Positions 7,732-16,792 of a stretch of DNA of 32,000 bases are shown here, piece after piece. Position 1 is the stretch's first letter. Each line of letters starts with the position of its first letter. Location of the stretch: assembly GCA_910588975.1 (NCBI GenBank), contig CAJUSE010000004.1:3790-35789 (forward strand), read 5' to 3'. A program made the position numbers and the translations under genes. This stretch comes from an uncultured Oscillospiraceae bacterium. GTDB taxonomy: Bacteria; Bacillota; Clostridia; Oscillospirales; Oscillospiraceae. The notes under the pieces are model-generated. The model saw only the letters and a program-made list of their open reading frames with translations. It ran no database searches and was not told the origin of the DNA.

Positions 7732-8826
7732 TTACCGAAACAGCCCGATGCTCTCTAAAATCCGGTTGACCTGCTCGGCCCGGCTGCTCCAGGCGGCCAC
7801 CTTGCCGTACTCCCGGCGGCGGTCCCGGGCCCAGGTGCCCACCTCGCCGGTGGCCCGGTCGCAGAGCTGGACAAACTCGGCAGGGGTGTGGGCGCCGTAG
7901 ACCACGTCGGGGAAGTGCTCCACCTGGTCGGGCCGGAGCATGGCCACGATGGGCCGGCCGGCGGAGAGGTACTCAAAGAGCCGGGCGTGGATGATGTCGC
8001 TGTTCGCCTCGCTGTCCCGGAGGAGGTAGAGGCAGGCGTCCAGACTGTGGAGGTAGTCGGGGAGATCCACCGGGTCCAGCTGGCCCAGATGGTGGACGTT
8101 GGGCAGCTCCAAGGCCTCGGGCAGCTCCCAGCAGCCGGCGTCCCGGCCTATGAGCAGGATATGACAGTCCCGCCGCTCCCGGGCCAGCCGAAGCACCGGC
8201 TCCAGGTCCAGATCGGGCCACAGGGTGCCCACAAAGCCAAAGACAGGCCCCTGAAGCCCCCGGAGAGCCCGGGGCCGGGGCAGGTCGTCCTTGGCGAACA
8301 TGGGGTAGTTGCACCCCTGGGGCAGCAGGGTCACGTTGGGATTGCGGCCGATGAGCCGCCGGGCCAGGTCGGGGGAGACGGCAAAGACCACGTCGGCGGC
8401 GGTGGTAAGCTCCTCCTCCCAGCGGGGCGGGTAGCCGCTCCACAGCCGGGCGCAGTCGTAGACCAGCCCCCGGTAGGCCAAGCCCTCCAGGAACTGGGCC
8501 CCGGCGGGGCTGGCGCACCAGAGAAGAGGCTCCCGGAAGTGGTGCCGGCTCAGCCGCTCCTGGATGAAGCGGAGGGTGCGCCGATGGCTGTACCGGGAAA
8601 AGAAGGCGGCTGAGTTCACCAGAAATTCAGGCCCTTCAGAGGGCAGGGTGTAGACGATGACGTTGGGGCGGACCTGTCGTCCCTTCTCCTTCCAAAGGCG
8701 GGAGCCGTGGGGGGCGGGGGGCTCGAAAAAGAGGACCTGGGCCCCCTCCATCCGGCTCATGAGCTGTTGGGTCCGGCTGGGGGTCTGGCTCCAGGGCTGT
8801 TCGGCCAGGCAGAGGACCTGTCTCAT
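7732..8826 (-). CDS. Glycosyltransferase (GT1/GT4-like, TuaH-like)
   Basis: The 364-aa product has a C-terminal GT-B donor-binding region (FGFVGTLWPDLDLE, ARLFEYLSAGRPIVAM). Its ATG overlaps the upstream stop codon (ATGA at 8823-8826). Confidence 0.7.
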   Translation of the reverse strand: MRQVLCLAEQPWSQTPSRTQQLMSRMEGAQVLFFEPPAPHGSRLWKEKGRQVRPNVIVYTLPSEGPEFLVNSAAFFSRYSHRRTLRFIQERLSRHHFREPLLWCASPAGAQFLEGLAYRGLVYDCARLWSGYPPRWEEELTTAADVVFAVSPDLARRLIGRNPNVTLLPQGCNYPMFAKDDLPRPRALRGLQGPVFGFVGTLWPDLDLEPVLRLARERRDCHILLIGRDAGCWELPEALELPNVHHLGQLDPVDLPDYLHSLDACLYLLRDSEANSDIIHARLFEYLSAGRPIVAMLRPDQVEHFPDVVYGAHTPAEFVQLCDRATGEVGTWARDRRREYGKVAAWSSRAEQVNRILESIGLFR

Positions 8827-11063
8827 CCCTCGCCGCCCCCTTCCAGACCCAGCAGGGTCCCGGCGGAATCCCGGTTCCGCTTTTCCACCTGGCGCAGCCG
8901 CTCTACCCCCTCCAGAAGAAAGCTGTCGTCCCCGATGCGCTCTACGGCGGCATCAATATGGGCCTTTAGCTTCTCCAGGGTCATGTCTTTCAAATCAGTG
9001 TAGAGGTCCTGGCCGATATAGTGGAGGAAGGAGCTGACCTTGGGGTCGTAGACCACCCCCACCAGGGGGACCCCCTGACCGGCGGCAAAGACCAGGGCGT
9101 GAAGGCGCATGGACACCACCACCTTCATCCGGGCAAAAAGCCCGATGGTGTGGGCGGAGGAGCCGGTCTCGTCCAGCAGGTGATGGGGGGCCTTCATCTT
9201 GCCGGCCACCAGCTGTCCGGCGGGCAGGTCCAGCCGACGCTCGATGGGCAGGAACACCGGGGTGAGACCGTGCTTCTCATAGGCGTAGTCGGCGGCCTGG
9301 GCGAGGATCTCGGCCTTGGCCTCAAAGCCGGGCCAGGGCCGGAGGGTGAAGCCGATATACCGGCCGTTGGGGTCCAGCCCGGCGTTTTCCAGAAGTCCGT
9401 CCACCGTGGCGCTCTGGGCGGCGGGCAGGGTCACAGTGGGGTCGGCGGCGAGGATGATCCTGGGGTTGGTGACCCCCATGTCCTCCAGCTCGGTCTTGGA
9501 GTGGGTGTCCCGAAGGGTGATGACGTCCACCCGCTTCTGAAGTACCCGGGCGCAGAGCTTTCGGTTGGAGGGGTACTGGATGGGGCCAATGCCGCAGCCG
9601 TACATGATGACCGGATTTCCCCGGAGCTTGGCGGCCCAGATGGTAAAGAGATAGAACCACAGGCTCCGCCGGGAGGTAGCGTCCTGCATGAGGGAGCCGC
9701 CGCCGTTGATATAGAGCCGGGTTTTTCCCATCCGGTGGAGGAACCGGGGGACGTGGAAGGTGTAGATGGCGTTGACCCGGTAGGTGAGCCGGGTCTCTTT
9801 GGGCCGCCGGGACAGGACCCAGACGGGCAGGTCGGGGTCCAGCTGGCGCATCTCCCGGACGATGGCCTCCAAAATGGCGTCGTCCCCGGCGTTGCCCCGG
9901 CCATAGGCTCCACAGATGAGCACCCCGTCCCGCTTGCCGGTCTGCCGTTCCTTCCGGCGGAGGATGGAGCGGTAAATGGAAAGCTGTCGTTCCAGGGTGC
10001 TCTCCAGAGAGAAGTCCGCCCTGGCCCGCTGGTAGAGCCGATCCCCCAGATGGCGGCGCAGCTCGGGGTCATGATACAGGGAAATGAAATGGCGGGCGAG
10101 GGTCTCGTAGTCCCCGGCCTCAAAGAGAAGGCCGTGGACCCCGTGGTCGATGAGGTAGGGCACACCACCCACCCGGCTGGCCACCGTGGGCAGGCGGAAC
10201 CGGGCCCCCTCGGTAAGGGAGTAGGAGAAGGTTTCAGACAGAGAGGTGAGGGAGTTGATGTCGATGGCGTGATAAAAACTGTCGGTGTCGGTGATCCACC
10301 CGGCGAAGCAGACCTGCTCCGCTACCCCCAGCTCAACTGCCAGGGCCTTCAGCCTGTCCATCTCCTCACCGTCTCCGGCGATGAGGAGCCGGAGGGCGGG
10401 GCAGCTCTCGTGGGCCTTGGCAAAGCCCCGGAGGAGGGTGGGGATGTCCTTCACCGGGTTGAGCCGGGCGGTGATGCCGATGATGACACAGTCCTCGCCC
10501 CAGGAAAGACCCAGGCTTTGGAGGTACTCCGGCCGGTCCAGCCTGGGGGTGCGGGGGGTGAAGTCCAGGCCGTTGTAGATGGTGAAGAGCCGGTCCGGGT
10601 CAAAGCCCCGGGCGATGAGCAGGTCGGTCATGGCGTCACTGACCCCGATGCGGTAGTCCAGCCGCCGCAGGGCCAGGGCGTTGATGACCCCGTAGGTGAG
10701 CCGGGCCAGGGGCCGGCCCAGATAGTCCAGCTTGGGGTCGGAGTGGACGGTGGACACCACCGGCACCCCGGTGGCCGGGCCCAGCAGGGCGCCCATCATG
10801 TTGCCCCGGGCGCCGTGGCAGTGGATGATGTCGTAGCCCCCCTCCAGAATGAGGGTTTTCAGCTGCCGGAAGGCCTTGAAAATGTGGTTGCCCGGCAGCA
10901 CGATGGTGGGGATGCCAAGCTCCCGGGCCTCCTGGGCAAAGGGGCCCTCCAGAAAGCAGACCATGGTCACGTCAATGGTTCGGGACAGGTTTTGCAGCAG
11001 CATATGCACATGGGTCTTGGCGCCGCCCACGTCGCCGCCGGAGATGAGATGGATGACTTTCAT
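8823..11063 (-). CDS. csaB: Fusion protein: N-terminal GT4 glycosyltransferase and C-terminal polysaccharide pyruvyl transferase CsaB
   Basis: ATG at 11063 is preceded by GGAGG. The N-terminal half reads MKVIHLISGGDVGGAKTHV...ETFSYSLTEGARFRLPTVASRVGGVPYLI (GT4). The C-terminal half reads ICGAYGRGNAGDDAILEAIV...LYINGGGSLMQD...MRLHALVFAA (CsaB / PS_pyruv_trans). The ORF portion upstream of 11063 has no coding signal. Confidence 0.8.
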   Translation of the reverse strand: MKVIHLISGGDVGGAKTHVHMLLQNLSRTIDVTMVCFLEGPFAQEARELGIPTIVLPGNHIFKAFRQLKTLILEGGYDIIHCHGARGNMMGALLGPATGVPVVSTVHSDPKLDYLGRPLARLTYGVINALALRRLDYRIGVSDAMTDLLIARGFDPDRLFTIYNGLDFTPRTPRLDRPEYLQSLGLSWGEDCVIIGITARLNPVKDIPTLLRGFAKAHESCPALRLLIAGDGEEMDRLKALAVELGVAEQVCFAGWITDTDSFYHAIDINSLTSLSETFSYSLTEGARFRLPTVASRVGGVPYLIDHGVHGLLFEAGDYETLARHFISLYHDPELRRHLGDRLYQRARADFSLESTLERQLSIYRSILRRKERQTGKRDGVLICGAYGRGNAGDDAILEAIVREMRQLDPDLPVWVLSRRPKETRLTYRVNAIYTFHVPRFLHRMGKTRLYINGGGSLMQDATSRRSLWFYLFTIWAAKLRGNPVIMYGCGIGPIQYPSNRKLCARVLQKRVDVITLRDTHSKTELEDMGVTNPRIILAADPTVTLPAAQSATVDGLLENAGLDPNGRYIGFTLRPWPGFEAKAEILAQAADYAYEKHGLTPVFLPIERRLDLPAGQLVAGKMKAPHHLLDETGSSAHTIGLFARMKVVVSMRLHALVFAAGQGVPLVGVVYDPKVSSFLHYIGQDLYTDLKDMTLEKLKAHIDAAVERIGDDSFLLEGVERLRQVEKRNRDSAGTLLGLEGGGEG

Positions 11064-11204
11064 GCTAAGCCTCCGAAAAAAGACTTGTAGAGGACAGGGT
11101 ATTTGTGGTAGAATAGCACTGTCCTGTTTTCCCATTGTACCACAGTCGGAGGAAAGGGACAAGAAAAGATGGGAATATTTATCCCCCAAGGAGAATATAA
11201 AGAC

Positions 11205-11747
11205 ATGAAAGACGGAAAAGTGTTTGGCAAGATCAACCTCATCGACCTGCTGGTGATCCTCGTGGCTCTGGCCGCCGTTGTGGCGGTGGGTCTGAAGATG
11301 ACCGGCCATCTGGGCAGCGTGGTCACCGAGACAGGGAGCAACATCACCTATACCGCCCGGGTGGAGAACGTGGACCGGGAGGTCTATGAGAACATCAAGG
11401 ACTTTATCGAAACCGCTCAGGCCCAGGGCAAGCCCGGCGACCAGCTCATGGCCAGCGGCGCCCTGCTCAGTGGCTATGTCACCGCTGTGGAGGCCACCGA
11501 GCGGGACGACAAGGCCGAGGTGCTCACCTCCAACGGCGCCCCGCTGGTCGTCTATGCTGGAAAGGCCGACCGGGTGGATGTGCTCTTCACCGTTGAGGCA
11601 TATGTGGGCAACAACATCAAGACCGAGCTGGGCACCCAGGAGGTCCGGGTGGGCAAGAGCCACATCGTCAAGACCACCCACTTCGAGCTGGTGAACGCCA
11701 CCGTCATGAGCTGTGAGTGGGCCAACGGCACCGGGGCCGACAACTAA
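11205..11747 (+). CDS. DUF4330 domain-containing membrane-anchored protein
   Basis: ATG at 11205 follows the RBS aaggaga. The product has an N-terminal TM segment (INLIDLLVILVALAAVVAVGL) followed by a beta-rich domain. The gene is divergent from the csaB operon. Confidence 0.6.
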   Translation: MKDGKVFGKINLIDLLVILVALAAVVAVGLKMTGHLGSVVTETGSNITYTARVENVDREVYENIKDFIETAQAQGKPGDQLMASGALLSGYVTAVEATERDDKAEVLTSNGAPLVVYAGKADRVDVLFTVEAYVGNNIKTELGTQEVRVGKSHIVKTTHFELVNATVMSCEWANGTGADN

Positions 11748-11757
11748 GCAAGCAGGG

Positions 11758-11786
11758 AGGGGCGGGGGAGACCCCGCCCCTTTTTA
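11758..11786 (+). terminator. Rho-independent terminator
   Basis: ggggcgggg-gaga-ccccgcccc followed by ttttt. Confidence 0.85.
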
Positions 11787-11804
11787 TCTGGAAAGGAGGG
11801 GCCT

Positions 11805-12362
11805 ATGGAGGCGCTCTTTGCCGCACTGGCCCAAGTGGAGGGGCCGGTGCTGTTGTGGTTTCAGGCCCTGCGTAATGGCCTGACCGATCCTCTGGTGGCC
11901 TTTTATACCCATCTGGGGGATCACGGCCTTGTGTGGATCGGCCTGTGTGCCCTGCTGCTGTGCCTTCCCAGGACCCGGCGGGCAGGGCTGGCCGGGGCCT
12001 TTGCCCTGGTGTGCAGTCTGCTGCTCACAAACGTGCTCATCAAGCCCCTGATGGCCCGGCCCCGGCCCTGGCTGGCGGTGGAGGGTCTCTGGGCGCTGGT
12101 CTTTGAGGGAGATCCAAATTCCTTCCCCTCGGGCCACACCAGCGCCGCCTTTGCTGCCGCCCTGGCCTGGTGGCATACCCTGCCCCGGCAGTGGGGGTGG
12201 GTTGGCCTGGGGGCGGCGGGGCTTATGGGGCTGAGCCGGCTCTATGTGGGGGTCCATTTTCCCACCGATGTGCTCTGCGGCGCCCTGGCCGGCACCCTGT
12301 GTGGCTATCTGGGGTGGAGACTGCTGCTGTTCCTGGAGGAAAAGCAACATGGAATGGAATAA
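11805..12362 (+). CDS. PAP2 family phosphatase (undecaprenyl-diphosphatase / PgpB-like)
   Basis: PAP2 motifs are visible: KPLMARPRP, PSGHT, SRLYVGVHFPTDV. Confidence 0.85.
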   Translation: MEALFAALAQVEGPVLLWFQALRNGLTDPLVAFYTHLGDHGLVWIGLCALLLCLPRTRRAGLAGAFALVCSLLLTNVLIKPLMARPRPWLAVEGLWALVFEGDPNSFPSGHTSAAFAAALAWWHTLPRQWGWVGLGAAGLMGLSRLYVGVHFPTDVLCGALAGTLCGYLGWRLLLFLEEKQHGME

Positions 12363-12903
12363 CTGCTGGGAGCAGGAGGGGTACTGCCTCCGTCCGGCCC
12401 GGCTGGAGGACGGAGAAAACTACTACAGCCAGTGTTTTGCCCCCCTGGACCCGGAGGTGGCCCGGCTCACCGGCTGTAAGCCGGAGTTTGCCCGGGGGGA
12501 GGTCCTCTCCGCCTTTGAGAAGTTTGTGGAAGACGCTGACCGCCGCTTTTTCCTCCTCCTGGACCCGGCGGGGACCATTGTGGGGGAGAGCGTTATCAAC
12601 GAGATCGACTGGGAGTTGAGAAAGGCCAATTACCGGGTGGCCATCTTCTCTCCGGCTTGTCGTGGAAAGGGGCTGGGGACCTGGATGGCCCGGCGGGCCT
12701 GTGACGTTGCCTTTGAACAGCTGGGTCTGCACCGGCTGGAGCTGGAGGTGTTCTCATTCAATCCCAGGGCAGAGCGGGCCTATGAGAAGGCGGGATTCTG
12801 CCGGGAGGGAATTCAACGGGAGGCCATTTGGGATGGAGAGAGGTATGCCGATATCATCCTGATGGCCATATTGGAAGATGAATGGAGGACGGCCCAATTT
12901 TGA
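12349..12903 (+). CDS. GNAT family N-acetyltransferase (RimJ/RimL-like)
   Basis: ATG at 12349 follows ggagga and overlaps the PAP2 3' end by 14 nt. Motifs: RGKGLGTWMARRACDVAF and NPRAERAYEKAGF. Confidence 0.8.
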   Translation: MEWNNCWEQEGYCLRPARLEDGENYYSQCFAPLDPEVARLTGCKPEFARGEVLSAFEKFVEDADRRFFLLLDPAGTIVGESVINEIDWELRKANYRVAIFSPACRGKGLGTWMARRACDVAFEQLGLHRLELEVFSFNPRAERAYEKAGFCREGIQREAIWDGERYADIILMAILEDEWRTAQF

Positions 12904-12959
12904 GGGCCGCCCTTTTGTGTTCATATTTGGAATATGGAAAAGACAGAGAAGCCGTCTCC

Positions 12960-13472
12960 CTATGTGGGGAACAGGGGCGTGTAGGCAAGCGCTCCATTTA
13001 CCCGGTGGGAGAGGAACAGGGTGCCGTAGCCCGTCCGGGCGGGGATGGGCCGCTGGAGGGGGCCGGTGGGGTCCACGTCGTGGAGCAGCTTGACCTTTCG
13101 GCCCAGGGTCACGTGGGGGACAAAGAGCCGGTTCTCCACCTCAAAGCCCGCCCGGCGCAGAGAGCGGACCAGCCGCAGCTGGGCGGCGTAGAGGTCGGGC
13201 TCAAACTCGGGGCACAGGTGGTAGATGCCGTTGGGAAAGAGGGCGAGCCGGTCGAAGGTCAGCGCCATGGGGGAAATGTGGGTGTCCATGAGGGCGGCCT
13301 TGGCGGTCTCTGCCCGGTCCGGCTCCACCTCTCCTAAAAAGACCAGGGTGAGGTGAAAATTCTCCCGGGTGGTGAAATTTCCCTTTTCGGCCAGCTTTTT
13401 CAGCTCCCCCTGGGCCTGGGCGAACCGGTCCTTGGCCCCCTCCTCGAAGGGAAGCCCCAAAAACAGTCTCAC
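12960..13472 (-). CDS. thpR: RNA 2',3'-cyclic phosphodiesterase (2H phosphoesterase, ThpR/LigT)
   Basis: Two HxT/S motifs are present (HLTL and HVTL). The GTG start overlaps the upstream TGA (GTGA). The rest of the 349-aa ORF is an out-of-gene extension across other genes. Confidence 0.75.
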   Translation of the reverse strand: MRLFLGLPFEEGAKDRFAQAQGELKKLAEKGNFTTRENFHLTLVFLGEVEPDRAETAKAALMDTHISPMALTFDRLALFPNGIYHLCPEFEPDLYAAQLRLVRSLRRAGFEVENRLFVPHVTLGRKVKLLHDVDPTGPLQRPIPARTGYGTLFLSHRVNGALAYTPLFPT

Positions 13473-13723
13473 AGGGTGGCCCCCTCTCCGATGAGCGCCA
13501 GCTTCTCCTGCCGGGTCAGCCTCTTGACGGCGATCTCCCGCCGGAGGGCGGCGGACTTGTCCGTGCAGTCCTCCCGGTAGACCAGCTCCAGCGGCCCCCG
13601 GCCCCGGGTGTACTTGGCCCCCTTGCCGCTGCGGTGGGCCTTTAGCCGCCGATCCATGTCGTCGGTGATGCCGGTGTAGAGGGTGCCGTCGCCGCAGCGA
13701 AGTATGTAGAGCTGCCAGGCCAT
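13469..13723 (-). CDS. GIY-YIG nuclease family protein (UPF0213-like)
   Basis: The product starts MAWQLYILRCGDGTLYTGITDDMDRRLKAHRSG. The start is Met73 of the track ORF. Confidence 0.8.
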   Translation of the reverse strand: MAWQLYILRCGDGTLYTGITDDMDRRLKAHRSGKGAKYTRGRGPLELVYREDCTDKSAALRREIAVKRLTRQEKLALIGEGATL

Positions 13724-13776
13724 GGCCTCGCCGCCTTTCTCTTGGAATATGTACCCCTCCTGAGGAGGGGCCAGTG

Positions 13777-13971
13777 TCAGTGGCAGTCGCAGCTTGTGCC
13801 GTGGTCGCCCAGCTTGAAGGAGGCGCACTCGGTACAGTCGCACTTGGCCACGTTGTTCTGGGTGCAGCCCACCTGGATGGCGTTGAGGGTGCACATGTCG
13901 GTCTTGCCGGTGTGATAGGCGCAGGAGCGGACGGAGCACTTGATGCTGGGGTTTCCATGATTGTCAGCCAT
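13777..13971 (-). CDS. DUF1540 domain-containing small Cys-rich protein
   Basis: The 64-aa product carries the repeated C...C...H pattern typical of DUF1540 (CSVRSCAYH, CDCTECASF). Confidence 0.7.
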   Translation of the reverse strand: MADNHGNPSIKCSVRSCAYHTGKTDMCTLNAIQVGCTQNNVAKCDCTECASFKLGDHGTSCDCH

Positions 13972-14130
13972 AGTAATTCCTCCCTTGTTTTGGGCCCATA
14001 TCGGGGCAACTGCAGTATGCCCGGCGGGGTGGGAGACTATGCACTGGCCCTTATTATACCCCTTTTTGACCGGTGGGGCAAGTCAAGAACATCGGCCGGG
14101 CGCATAGAATGGGTGGGAGGTGAGCAATTT

Positions 14131-14343
14131 ATGAATTTGAAGAACAACCAAATCACGGTGGGGGAGCTTCTGGACTACGCCCCCTCCCGGGCCGTTTTCC
14201 AGAAGCGGTTTCCCACCGTTCTCCGCCACCCTATGGTGGGGGCGGCCCGGACGGTGACCCTGGAGCAGATCATCGCCTTTGCCGGCGCCTACATCCCCAA
14301 AAAGACCATTCAGGATACCCTGGAGGAGCTGAAGCGGGTCTAA
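14131..14343 (+). CDS. Hypothetical 70-aa protein (DUF1858-like pattern without cysteines)
   Basis: ATG at 14131 follows gggagg. It is the only part of ORF 13774-14343 that does not overlap the opposite-strand genes. Confidence 0.45.
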   Translation: MNLKNNQITVGELLDYAPSRAVFQKRFPTVLRHPMVGAARTVTLEQIIAFAGAYIPKKTIQDTLEELKRV

Positions 14344-14350
14344 GGGGAAG

Positions 14351-14890
14351 CTACGAGTGGGCCCGGCGGGGGAGATGGCGGGTCCACCGCAGGGCCTCGG
14401 TGCCACCCTGGCGCAGCAGGGCCAGGGACAGGATGGCATCCCCCAGATAGAAGGCCAGGGTGGGCAGGGTGAGCTGGGGCGGGATGGCCCCGATGGCCTG
14501 GGAGAGCATAGGCTCCACCCAGTAGACCAGGGGCAGGGCCAGAGCGCCCCAGACAAGGCTGAACAGCAGGCACACCCGGCCCTTCAGGTTGAGGGGCAAA
14601 GCCCGGTAGTCCCAGAAAGGGGCGGCAAAACGCTCGTAAAAAAGGGCAAAGGCCCACTCTGCCACGGTGGCCACCCCGGCCCCTGCCAGGAACAGCAGGG
14701 CGGGGGAGGCCTTCACTGCCGGGGGCAGGGCCATGATGAGCAGGGCCCCCGCCCCATAGACCGGGCACACCGGCAGCAGCAGATGGCACTTGCGGTCCTG
14801 CTTGGGATTACGAACGGCCCTGGCCAGGGCCACCTCCAGCAGAAAGCCGAAAAAGCTGTAAATGAGATAACGCCAGAAAAGCTCCTCCAT
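14351..14890 (-). CDS. Membrane protein, 'putative ABC-transporter type IV' family (DUF1113-like)
   Basis: ATG at 14890 follows aaaggaggag. The product starts MEELFWRYLIYSFFGFLLEV and has about 5 TM segments. Confidence 0.55.
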   Translation of the reverse strand: MEELFWRYLIYSFFGFLLEVALARAVRNPKQDRKCHLLLPVCPVYGAGALLIMALPPAVKASPALLFLAGAGVATVAEWAFALFYERFAAPFWDYRALPLNLKGRVCLLFSLVWGALALPLVYWVEPMLSQAIGAIPPQLTLPTLAFYLGDAILSLALLRQGGTEALRWTRHLPRRAHS

Positions 14891-15097
14891 ATCCTCTCCT
14901 CCTTTGGAACCAGTGTGGACGGAAACGGGGAGGGGGATACGGGGGAGTTTCTGGCGGTTTTGTTTTCGGGATCCAGGGGCCTGTTCAGGCGGGGATATAT
15001 TTTTCAAAAATAATTCAAATTACCCAAAGACATTCTTGACAGCGATGATATACTACTATACAAAGAGATGGCATTGACAAAAGAGGAGGGGCAGGAA

Positions 15098-16222
15098 ATG
15101 AATGTAAAGCGCAGCGATCCCTGGCTGCTCATTCTGTTTGGGGTGGGGCTGTTTGCCGCCTTTATGAACCTGTCTGCTGTGCTGGCCCTGCTGGGCCATG
15201 TGGCAGAGCTGGTGTTTCCCATCCTGCTGGGGCTGCTCATGGCCTTTGTGCTCAACGTGCCCATGCGGGGCTTTGAAAAGCGGCTGGACAAGCTGCTGCC
15301 CCGGGCCAAAAAGCTGATCCCCGGCCTGAGCCTGCTGCTGACTCTGGCGGCCATCCTGCTGGCCTTTATCCTGGCGGGCACGCTGCTGGTCCCCGCCCTT
15401 GTCTCCTCGGTCCAGAGTCTGATCCCCGTCATCCAGGCCAAGTGGCCGGAGTGGATGGAGCTGCTCAACTCCTACGAGGTGGACACCTCCCTCATCACCG
15501 AGTGGGCCGCATCCTTCGATGTGACCAGCCTTTCCTACAATATGGGTGATCTGCTGGGGAGGGTGGTCAATGGGCTTCGGGGGGTGCTCTCGTTGATGAC
15601 CAGCCTGATCTTTGGCCTGGTCATCGCCATCTATCTGCTGCTGAGTAAGGACAGACTGGGCCCCCAGGCCAAAAAGTTGGTCTACGCCTATCTGAAAGAG
15701 CCCGCCGCTGACCGGCTGTGCTATGTGGCCCGGCTCAGCAGCGATGTCTACGCCAAATTCCTCTCAGGCCAGTGCGTAGAGGCTATTTTGCTGGGCTGCC
15801 TCATCTTTGCCGCCTTTACCATTTTCCGCCTGCCCTACGCCGCCCTCACCGGCTTCCTCACGGGGCTATTTGCATTTATCCCCTATGTGGGGGCCTTTTT
15901 GTCCCTGTTTCTGGGGGCGCTGCTCACCCTGTTGGTGGCGCCGGGAAAGCTGCTGCTGTGTGTCATCGTCTACTCTGCGGTCCAGTTTACCGAGAACCAG
16001 TTCATCTACCCCCATGTGGTGGGGGGCTCGGTGGGGCTGGCCCCGCTGTGGACCCTCATCGCCGCCCTCATCGGCGGCAAGCTCTTCGGCCTGCCGGGCA
16101 TCATCTTCTTTATCCCGCTGGCCGCCGTGGTCTACTCTCTGCTTCGGGAGGACGTGAACCGCCGGCTGGAGCAGAAGGCCCAGCGCAAAGCGGCGGAAAA
16201 GGAGCTCTGGGGCGAGGAATAA
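15098..16222 (+). CDS. AI-2E family transporter (PerM/UPF0118)
   Basis: ATG at 15098 follows gaggagggg. The polytopic product has a family-typical C-terminal region (FIPYVGAFLS, ENQFIYPHVVG). Confidence 0.8.
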   Translation: MNVKRSDPWLLILFGVGLFAAFMNLSAVLALLGHVAELVFPILLGLLMAFVLNVPMRGFEKRLDKLLPRAKKLIPGLSLLLTLAAILLAFILAGTLLVPALVSSVQSLIPVIQAKWPEWMELLNSYEVDTSLITEWAASFDVTSLSYNMGDLLGRVVNGLRGVLSLMTSLIFGLVIAIYLLLSKDRLGPQAKKLVYAYLKEPAADRLCYVARLSSDVYAKFLSGQCVEAILLGCLIFAAFTIFRLPYAALTGFLTGLFAFIPYVGAFLSLFLGALLTLLVAPGKLLLCVIVYSAVQFTENQFIYPHVVGGSVGLAPLWTLIAALIGGKLFGLPGIIFFIPLAAVVYSLLREDVNRRLEQKAQRKAAEKELWGEE

Positions 16223-16264
16223 CAGAAATTGAGAAAATAAACCAGAGTTCTGGAGGCGTATGCA

Positions 16265-16714
16265 ATGGAGCGCAGGGAAACAGTGGAATTGACCGTGTTG
16301 TGTCTTCTGCATCAAAATGGAGAGTACCTGCTGCAGGACAGAGTGAAGAAGGACTGGAGGGGCTTTGCCTTGCCCGGCGGGCACATCGAACCTGGAGAGT
16401 CCATTGTGGATGCCGTCGTTCGGGAGATGAAGGAGGAAACAGGGCTGACGATCACAGATCCAAGGCTGTGTGGGGTAAAACAATTCCCGATGGACGGAGG
16501 ACGGTATCTGGTCTTTCTTTTTGAGGCGACCCAGTATGAGGGAGAGCTTTGTTCCTCTGAGGAGGGGAAAATGGCTTGGGTCAAAAGGGAAGAACTGGAT
16601 CAAGTGAACTTAGTGGATGATTTTTACGATCTGCTCGATGTGATACTCCAGGAAAATTTGAGCGAATTTCAGTACGTGATCGAACATGGGACGTGGAATG
16701 TTATCAAGAAATAA
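16265..16714 (+). CDS. NUDIX hydrolase (MutT-like)
   Basis: The Nudix box GGHIEPGESIVDAVVREMKEETGL is visible. Confidence 0.9.
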   Translation: MERRETVELTVLCLLHQNGEYLLQDRVKKDWRGFALPGGHIEPGESIVDAVVREMKEETGLTITDPRLCGVKQFPMDGGRYLVFLFEATQYEGELCSSEEGKMAWVKREELDQVNLVDDFYDLLDVILQENLSEFQYVIEHGTWNVIKK

Positions 16715-16740
16715 CGTTGAACCGCTCAAAATAAAACAAC

Positions 16741-16779
16741 AAAAAGTACCGGGTGGAGCATTTGCTCCACCCGGTTTTT
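16741..16779. terminator. Bidirectional rho-independent terminator
   Basis: aaaaagt-accgggtggagc-attt-gctccacccggt-tttt, between the convergent nudix and OCD-family genes. Confidence 0.85.
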
Positions 16780-16792
16780 GTCTGAAGGAAAT

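Noticed and set aside
11064-11681. The upstream extension of the GT4-CsaB ORF (952 aa in the track).
   Set aside because: The extension runs across the divergent DUF4330 gene and its promoter region. The GT4 consensus N-terminus MKVIHLISGGDVGGA with a GGAGG RBS is at 11063.
13440-13685. When hand-translating, I obtained an apparent 1-nt offset (frameshift) in the GIY-YIG gene and in ORF 13353-13580 relative to the supplied track.
   Set aside because: Three independent track ORFs are mutually consistent with a continuous frame. The discrepancy is most likely my miscounting of homopolymer runs (a c-run near 13440 and a g-run near 13681), so I used the track coordinates and claim no pseudogene.
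13473-14009. The upper part of track ORF 12960-14009 (349 aa).
   Set aside because: It overlaps the GIY-YIG and DUF1540 genes in other frames and has Arg/Pro/His-rich composition. Only the C-terminal 171 aa carry the 2H phosphoesterase motifs.
15036-15064. TTGACA at 15036-15041 as a promoter for the AI-2E transporter gene.
   Set aside because: I found no convincing -10 hexamer at 16-18 nt spacing (the best candidate is TACAAA), so it was left unannotated.
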